DNA of 64,000 bases, taken from NCBI GenBank assembly GCA_964609585.1, contig CAZSRA010000006.1:3184-67183 (forward strand), given 5' to 3'. Source of the stretch: an uncultured Candidatus Saccharimonadales bacterium. GTDB taxonomy: Bacteria > Patescibacteriota > Saccharimonadia > UBA4664. Below are positions 58,058 to 64,000 of the stretch, one piece after another; the stretch's first letter is position 1; every line of letters starts with the position of its first letter. The notes beneath the pieces are model-generated. The model had not been told where the DNA came from. It did no database searches and saw only the letters and a list, made by a program, of their open reading frames with translations. A program made the translations under genes and the position numbers.

Positions 58058-59143
58058 ATGAGGATTAATGAGCTTGAATTAACAAATTTTCGGTCGTATG
58101 AGTCGGCGCGATTTGAGCTGCATCCGGATGTGACGATTGTGGTGGGGCCGAATGCGAGCGGTAAAACGAATTTGCTTGAAAGTCTGTACGTGTTGGCCTC
58201 GACAAAAAGCTTCCGAGCCAAGGATCGGGACTTGGTTCGGCATGACCGGGACTTTTTTCGGGTGGTGGCGCGGACGGATGAGCGCGAATATGCCTTTGGT
58301 TTGAGCGTGGCTACGGGCGCGATGGAGAAGCGGATTACGCATGATGGGGTGAGGCGCACCTTGGTGGGGCACATTGGGCAGATTCAGGTGACACTGTTTG
58401 AGCCGAGCGACCTGGAGCTGGTAAGTGGCTCCCCTGAGGGGCGCCGGCGATATTTGGACTTTATACTGTGCCAGACGGATAGAGGATACTTGAAAACACT
58501 GCAGCAATACCGGCGAGTGCTCAAGCAGCGGAATGCTCTTCTGGACGGGTTCGATATGGAGCGGATTCGTGAGCAGATTTTTGCCTGGGACGTGAAGTTG
58601 GCGGAACTGGCGTGTGAGGTATACGGGCGGCGACAGGTGTTGCTCGGAGTTTTGAACAAGGCTATTCCCCTACTTTACGGGGAGATTGCTGGTGGGCATG
58701 TGGGGGTGGAACTAGAGTATATGCCGAGTGTGGCCGGTGAATATGCGCAGGGGTTTTTGGAAACCTTGGCTCGCAATCTAACCCGGGATTTGGCAGCGGG
58801 ATTTACGACGATTGGGCCGCATCGTGAGGATTTTCGGGTGCGGTTTAAAAATAATGACATTACGGCGGTGGCCTCGCGAGGCGAGGTGCGGACGGTGGTG
58901 CTAGCGTGTAAGCTGGCTGAGCTGGAGTATGCTGAGGCGCAAACGGGGGTGCGGCCGATTTTACTCCTTGACGATGTGTTTAGTGAGCTCGACCGAGAGC
59001 GGCGAAGCTTTTTGCTGAATAGGTTGAGGGACCATCAGACGATTATTACTACCACGGATGCGGATGCGATAACGCGAGAATTTCAGACGCCGCACGCGAT
59101 TATTTCAACCGCCGGATTGATGGCGGGTGGAGTGGTGGGTTGA
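58058..59143 (+). CDS. recF: DNA replication/repair protein RecF
   Basis: NFRSY, GPNASGKTNLLE, P..RR.YLD, QRNALL, GPHRED, S.G, LLLDDVFSELD. Confidence 0.96.
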   Translation: MRINELELTNFRSYESARFELHPDVTIVVGPNASGKTNLLESLYVLASTKSFRAKDRDLVRHDRDFFRVVARTDEREYAFGLSVATGAMEKRITHDGVRRTLVGHIGQIQVTLFEPSDLELVSGSPEGRRRYLDFILCQTDRGYLKTLQQYRRVLKQRNALLDGFDMERIREQIFAWDVKLAELACEVYGRRQVLLGVLNKAIPLLYGEIAGGHVGVELEYMPSVAGEYAQGFLETLARNLTRDLAAGFTTIGPHREDFRVRFKNNDITAVASRGEVRTVVLACKLAELEYAEAQTGVRPILLLDDVFSELDRERRSFLLNRLRDHQTIITTTDADAITREFQTPHAIISTAGLMAGGVVG

Positions 59144-59400
59144 TGGAGGATTATTTTGCAAAGAAGCGGGCGGAGCTGGGTATGGACCGGGTGGACGTTT
59201 TGGTGCGCATTCAGACGGTGCTCGACGAATGGTATCCGGACCGAGTGCGGGCACGGCAGTTACACCGGGGGGTGCTGTATTTGGTGACCTCGAGTGCAGC
59301 AGTGGCGGGGGCTTTGCGTATGCGACAAATTGAGCTCGTGGAGGGGTGTGAGTTGGGCGAGGTGAGGGTGGCTATTTCGGTGGGCTCGCTAAGTAAGTGA
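59143..59400 (+). CDS. Small protein after recF, DciA/DUF721-like
   Basis: TGATG coupling to recF; GVLYLVTSSAAVA..LRM...EL pattern of the DUF721 fold; position matches recF-dciA synteny. Confidence 0.55.
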   Translation: MEDYFAKKRAELGMDRVDVLVRIQTVLDEWYPDRVRARQLHRGVLYLVTSSAAVAGALRMRQIELVEGCELGEVRVAISVGSLSK

Positions 59401-59404
59401 TGAG

Positions 59405-60160
59405 TTAATCGGATGGTCCGTCGGCGCTGGGTGACGAGCTCGGTTTTGTTGCCGGTATGGTGAGGTCTGCGTCTCCGGTATTGGGATTGGGCGTGAAGAT
59501 AATGGTGTATTTGGCCGGATCGGCTTTGAGGCTGGTGATGTAGTCCAGGGCGGCTTGCTGTTGCTGTTTGTATTTTGCTAGATTTTCAGCGAGGGTGTGT
59601 GGGCCGGTGACTATGCCGAAAAGGGTTACGCCAACTTCTGGTTGACCGTCTATGGGGACGATTTCCATGTGGAAGTCGAGGCTGTCGTACGGCAAGGAGC
59701 CAAGGAAGGGGTCGGTTTGTTTTAAGCTATCGGTTTTGGCGGCTAGGCGTTTTTTGACGTCGGCCGGAAGGCTGTCGGGGTCGGTGTAGATGGGGGTGAA
59801 TGAGATGTGGGTGTTTCCGATTTTTTTACCCTGCTGATCAGTGACGTTCGCGAGGGTGGCGGTATATTGTTTGGTGGTTTGAAGGGTGAGATTGGGAGTA
59901 AATGTGATGGTATTGCCCGAGACGGTGGTTTGTCCTGGGGAGGAGGGGTCGAGGGTGATTTGATTGGTGTCGCCCTTGGAAGCCATCATGGGGCGATTGA
60001 AGGTGAAGCTTATAGACGTGAATTGGTTGGTTTGTCCGCCGTCTTTAGGGTCCGTTTTGACGAGTCGGAGCGAGGAGGATTGCCATAGGAGTGAGATGCC
60101 GATGAGCATAATGGCGGCAATTCCGGCGGCGATCAACAGCGGGCGTCTTTGACTATTCAT
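59405..60160 (-). CDS. Membrane-anchored Ig-like (Big_5/SbsA-like) protein
   Basis: N-terminal TM; TDP.DG......ISFTFNRPM...ITFTP...L....YT..L..V.D..G. Confidence 0.65.
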   Translation of the reverse strand: MNSQRRPLLIAAGIAAIMLIGISLLWQSSSLRLVKTDPKDGGQTNQFTSISFTFNRPMMASKGDTNQITLDPSSPGQTTVSGNTITFTPNLTLQTTKQYTATLANVTDQQGKKIGNTHISFTPIYTDPDSLPADVKKRLAAKTDSLKQTDPFLGSLPYDSLDFHMEIVPIDGQPEVGVTLFGIVTGPHTLAENLAKYKQQQQAALDYITSLKADPAKYTIIFTPNPNTGDADLTIPATKPSSSPSADGPSD

Positions 60161-60162
60161 GG

Positions 60163-61452
60163 CTACATTCTCCCCCATCCCAGGACTACTGAGTCTGTTT
60201 TGTAATTGTAATTCTCTCGTCTGATGGCGCCAGGATTCCCAGCGTTGCCCTCGATCGTAGTGATGGCTCCGGTGGTTGGATTGACGGTTTCAACGATCCC
60301 GACGTGATCTCCGTTATTGGGGTCGACCGTTGACGCGCCACTCCAATTAAAGAAGATAGCATCTCCTGGTTGAGGTGGTGTTGATGACGGCGTGGGGCGA
60401 TTTGGGAAGAAGTGGGTTGGACCGAGGTTCTGGAAAAAGCTGATCATGGTGGGCACGTAGCCGATCTTTACGGGTTTAAACGGTGTTCCGGCGGTCTTGT
60501 AAACCCAACTTACAAAATCGGCGCACCATTCTTCGTCGATGCCGCCTGTGTAGATTTTGATTTGGGCATCGGGGGTTGTTATAGTCTGCTTCGGCTTGCC
60601 GTTTACTGTGGTGTTTACTGTGACGTCTTTAGCAAACTCAGCATCGGCTGTGGCGACAATACTGCCCGAACCGGCGGTTGGTAATGGCGAGCATACGCCG
60701 AAGGTGGTGGTAGTGGAGGAGGTAACGGAGCCGGCGTAGGGGCCTGGCTGAGCGTTTTGATCCGGGGCCCAGGAATAAAGCAGGTCATCGCCCGAGCCGT
60801 CTTGCATGCGCTGTGAATAGCCGAGGTATTTTGCGGCTACGGGCGGGAAGCCGGATACGCGCCCTTTGTAGGCTGCTGGGGTGCCGTCCTGGGGGTTGGC
60901 CCAACCTTGTTTTGGGGTGTTATTTCCGTTTGAGTCGACGCCGGTCCAGGGGGCTGGGCCCGCTTCCATGACGACGGCGATGATGCTTTTTCCGGTCTTG
61001 GGGTCGGTAACGAGTACGCGCGGGGCTTGACTGTAGAAGGTAACGTCTTCTGAGCCTTTGCCCCCGGAGGTTCCGTCCCAGTTCCAGAGTGAGTATCGCC
61101 AACGCATGGTGATGTAGTAGTCGCGGAAGTTTTGACCGAGCTTGGCGTTTTGCCAAAACGAAACCTGCTGGCCGGTGCTGGGTACTTGTCCTTGGGCGTT
61201 GATGGATTCTTCGAAACCGGCGCCGCCGTGGGTGGCGGGGAGGGTGTGGCCGGCGACGGTGGCGGGGCCGTTGCTTGAGGTGGAGCTTTGGCCGGCGCAC
61301 TGGGTGGAGTAGTCTTTGGCGTCGTACAAGACGGTATCATTGATGGCGGCTTTGAGGTCGTGATTGACGGCGGCCATGACTGGGAGGGTTTGACCCAATG
61401 AGAGGATGGTGATGGCGACAAATTGGAGAATCTTTTTCATGCTTGCACTCAT
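60163..61452 (-). CDS. Secreted CHAP-domain peptidoglycan hydrolase with additional N-terminal (DPBB-like) domain
   Basis: Signal peptide; WCADFVSWV, PQPGD..FF, HVGIV, TIEGN; central RVLVT.P.TGKSI...V.EAGP. Confidence 0.85.
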   Translation of the reverse strand: MSASMKKILQFVAITILSLGQTLPVMAAVNHDLKAAINDTVLYDAKDYSTQCAGQSSTSSNGPATVAGHTLPATHGGAGFEESINAQGQVPSTGQQVSFWQNAKLGQNFRDYYITMRWRYSLWNWDGTSGGKGSEDVTFYSQAPRVLVTDPKTGKSIIAVVMEAGPAPWTGVDSNGNNTPKQGWANPQDGTPAAYKGRVSGFPPVAAKYLGYSQRMQDGSGDDLLYSWAPDQNAQPGPYAGSVTSSTTTTFGVCSPLPTAGSGSIVATADAEFAKDVTVNTTVNGKPKQTITTPDAQIKIYTGGIDEEWCADFVSWVYKTAGTPFKPVKIGYVPTMISFFQNLGPTHFFPNRPTPSSTPPQPGDAIFFNWSGASTVDPNNGDHVGIVETVNPTTGAITTIEGNAGNPGAIRRENYNYKTDSVVLGWGRM

Positions 61453-64000
61453 TTATTTACAGAAGGCAGCTGCCCAATTGGGGTAGGGGCGCCCTACGGA
61501 GGCATTGCGATCGGTGGCGGTACCTATGAGGCCGCTGAGGCCATCGAAGTAATTCTGGACTTGAGCGGCGGCGGATGACGATAATTGCTTGTCGCCGATG
61601 GCAATGGCGTGGATATGGGGCGAGAAGCCTTCGTCGGGGTAGCGCTCCCAGGCGGCGAAGCCGGCGAGCCTGAGCGCCTTGACGACATTGAGGCGCTGGG
61701 CGTCGTTGAGGGAGTTTATGCCGACATCCAGGGCGCCGCCTCCATCGTGGGTTCCGCCACTGGCGGCGACTCCACCTGGATTATAACCGAGCTGGACGAG
61801 GGTTAAGGGGGTGGGGACGCCCATTTGCTTGGCGTAGGTTTCGGCTGTGAGGAGCATGGATAAAGTGCGCTTGTTGATGGATCCGGATGCGCCGCGGTAG
61901 TTGGCGATTTTGGTGTAATCATCTGGTGGGGCGGTAGCTCCGGCAATGCTGCCGGGGGCCGGAACTTGGCACTTTGATCCCGGAGGTGCGGTTGATGGGG
62001 GTGGCGTGGGGGTGGTAGTGGTGCCTGGGGGCGTATCGCTGCACGGTCCCGGTGTACCGTTGCCGCCGAGGCCACCATCATCATCGGTAGAGGTGCCGGC
62101 GCACAGAGCTTGAGCGGCCGCTACATCGAGTAGACAGGGATTGGCTGCGTTGGGGTCGGTAATGACGGGGCAATCATATTGATCAAGGTGACCGTCGGGG
62201 CCGGTGAGCTTGCCGTCGGGGCCGGGAGGGCCTGCGATGTCGACAGTTGGCAGGGTTAGATCGGGGTTGGCGAGTACGCTTTCCGGTAAGCCTGTTTGCT
62301 GGACACCGTTTGGTTCAATTACCGGAGCTGCTGCAGCATGAGCTCCGGGGAAGATAGAGGTAAAAGTGTTGGCGAAGAGGTGGATGGGATTTGAGATCAT
62401 GGCTATGGCGGTGGTGCCAATGTTGGCGACGGCAGCTCCGGGTGTGCTCGGCATAAGGGTAAGCATTTGTGAGCCGAAGGATTCTGGGTAGTCGGTGTTT
62501 GTGAGGGCTGCTATGGGGTTCAGTCGGCTGAGCTCGGCTCGATGTTCGTTAGCTAGGGCGAGATTCTCGTTGTAGGCAACTGAATAGGGAATGTTTTGAC
62601 AGCCAAGTACATCTCTGCACATTGTGTTGCCGATAACATCCCAGCCGGCATCCAAGATATTGCCGAGATCGGCGCCAACTTCGCGGCCCGAGACAACGGG
62701 CGTCCAGATGAGATTAACCATTGTGCCGAGAGAGCTTGAGACCGATGCGATGATATCGACCGAATGGCCGACGAAGACGCCGGCGGCAGCATCTAAGGTT
62801 GATAAAGCGGCGGATGCCAGGCTACTAAGGGCGTCGCCGGCGACCCAACTAATGAGGCCGCTGATGCCATTAAGCACGGGGCGGATTGCGCAAAGAATTG
62901 TATGTGCAAATGTGGGTGGGGCCCCCATGAGTACTCGATAATAATATGTCCAATAGTCTGTGCTGGAGGCGGTGCTACTGGGCGGCGGGTCCCCGGCGTG
63001 ATCTGCAAACCAGGTGACGCCACAATTACCAGAACCAGCGTCGGAAATACTGGGTCCGGTATCGCTACCCACTCGATTTTCTTTGGCTAGTTTGACGCCA
63101 CCGTTGTCGTTTTTGAATAGAATTCTTTGAACTGCATTTGAGTTTTCGACACCATTGAGCATCGTCATTATTTTGTTGATCTGGGTGCCCTCAAGTTGCC
63201 CCGCTTTGTATTGATCGGCCAAACTCGACCACGTGGCCGCGGCTGCCGCATATTGGGCGCTATGCAGCGCGACGGCTATTTGGCTCAGTCTGCCGCTCCA
63301 CAGGAAGTTGTCGATATCGGCGGCAAGGGATAACCAGCCAACGATGGGTACGGCTTTAATTATGCCATCGGTGATGACTTTGCCGAAAATTGCCTCCATT
63401 CCCTTCCTGATGGTTGCACCTGAAGCTTTTTTTAGCTCGTCATAAGAGGCCTTGATGCCATCTTTTGCCGTGGTGGCGGCTTCGGTTTCGCCGGCGGCAG
63501 CATCACCGGTGCGAGAGGGGTCGGGTACGGGAGGGTGCTGTTCCGAGATGCCATCGGTTGCTCGTTTTGAGGGGTCTTCGCAGTTGTCGGCAAGAACGCA
63601 GTCGACTGCAGAGACTGTGTCCGCAGATGGTGGGTCAATTTCGCTGGCTTGAATAGCGGCCTCGGTAGAGGTAGGCCCGCCTGGATTGGAGGCATCTTTT
63701 GTGTCTTTTTGTTTGGGGATGGACCATCTATGAATATTGAAGGCATTTTGAAGGTATTTGCGCATGTGGCGGCGCTTGAGGAATTGGATGGGGCGGTATG
63801 TGCTATTTACCACGTCCTTTACGGCAAGCCTAGCGGCCCGCCCCTTTAGGTCGGTATCGAGAAGATTCATGAGTTTTGGGTAGCTATCGGCGTCGAGCTT
63901 TGATCCATCGGCGAGGGTAAATCGAATGCTTCGTGGGCCGGTTTTCTCGATTTTGATGCCTTTCTCGGTTAGGAGTTTGTCTTCGAACTTGTTGATTTGC
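61453..64000 (-). CDS. Large membrane/secreted protein with C-terminal M15/LAS-type Zn peptidase (5' end beyond right edge)
   Basis: Frame stays open from 63870 to the window edge (QINKFEDKLL...). C-terminus SGGTHDGGGALD (H-x6-D)...AAWER...PHIHAI after a P/T linker. Confidence 0.75.
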   Translation of the reverse strand, partial: QINKFEDKLLTEKGIKIEKTGPRSIRFTLADGSKLDADSYPKLMNLLDTDLKGRAARLAVKDVVNSTYRPIQFLKRRHMRKYLQNAFNIHRWSIPKQKDTKDASNPGGPTSTEAAIQASEIDPPSADTVSAVDCVLADNCEDPSKRATDGISEQHPPVPDPSRTGDAAAGETEAATTAKDGIKASYDELKKASGATIRKGMEAIFGKVITDGIIKAVPIVGWLSLAADIDNFLWSGRLSQIAVALHSAQYAAAAATWSSLADQYKAGQLEGTQINKIMTMLNGVENSNAVQRILFKNDNGGVKLAKENRVGSDTGPSISDAGSGNCGVTWFADHAGDPPPSSTASSTDYWTYYYRVLMGAPPTFAHTILCAIRPVLNGISGLISWVAGDALSSLASAALSTLDAAAGVFVGHSVDIIASVSSSLGTMVNLIWTPVVSGREVGADLGNILDAGWDVIGNTMCRDVLGCQNIPYSVAYNENLALANEHRAELSRLNPIAALTNTDYPESFGSQMLTLMPSTPGAAVANIGTTAIAMISNPIHLFANTFTSIFPGAHAAAAPVIEPNGVQQTGLPESVLANPDLTLPTVDIAGPPGPDGKLTGPDGHLDQYDCPVITDPNAANPCLLDVAAAQALCAGTSTDDDGGLGGNGTPGPCSDTPPGTTTTPTPPPSTAPPGSKCQVPAPGSIAGATAPPDDYTKIANYRGASGSINKRTLSMLLTAETYAKQMGVPTPLTLVQLGYNPGGVAASGGTHDGGGALDVGINSLNDAQRLNVVKALRLAGFAAWERYPDEGFSPHIHAIAIGDKQLSSSAAAQVQNYFDGLSGLIGTATDRNASVGRPYPNWAAAFCK

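Overview
Bacterial chromosome segment in the standard genetic code, most consistent with a Patescibacteria (CPR)/Saccharibacteria-like organism. This taxonomy is inferred from the Jag_N-less Jag, short YidC, Cys-less cupredoxin, VanW/PG-binding protein, stand-alone ATP-citrate lyase and lineage-typical secreted repeat proteins. Left to right: (1-12.5 kb) ABC exporter and assorted envelope/housekeeping genes, radC, a candidate structured ncRNA and lexA with a clear promoter/operator; (12.5-21.5 kb) VanW, aclBA, a small AT-rich ImmA/IrrE + 2TM island, glmS; (21.5-53 kb) a ~30 kb surface-glycan locus with manC, rfbBCDA, an amino-sugar/ATP-grasp pathway plus polyprenyl-P GT2 and SMR-type flippase, three GT-C-like membrane proteins, a methyltransferase, a WsaF-like GT, wzm/wzt, and two large secreted proteins sharing a C-terminal ~55-60 aa repeat; (53-59.4 kb) jag-yidC-rnpA-rpmH / dnaA-oriC-dnaN-recF-dciA-like; (59.4-64 kb) an operon of secreted peptidoglycan hydrolases running off the right edge. 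No rRNA, tRNA, CRISPR array, transposase or integrase was seen. Most notable: pervasive leaderless promoters, a ~190-nt hairpin RNA candidate, a direct-repeat LexA operator, the IrrE/2TM pair, an Arn-like aminoacyl-amino-sugar pathway, a shared putative glycan-anchoring repeat, no GC-skew inversion at an otherwise canonical oriC, and a phage-lysin-like peptidase fused to a large membrane/secreted protein. All family calls come from motif recognition by eye; no database searches were run.
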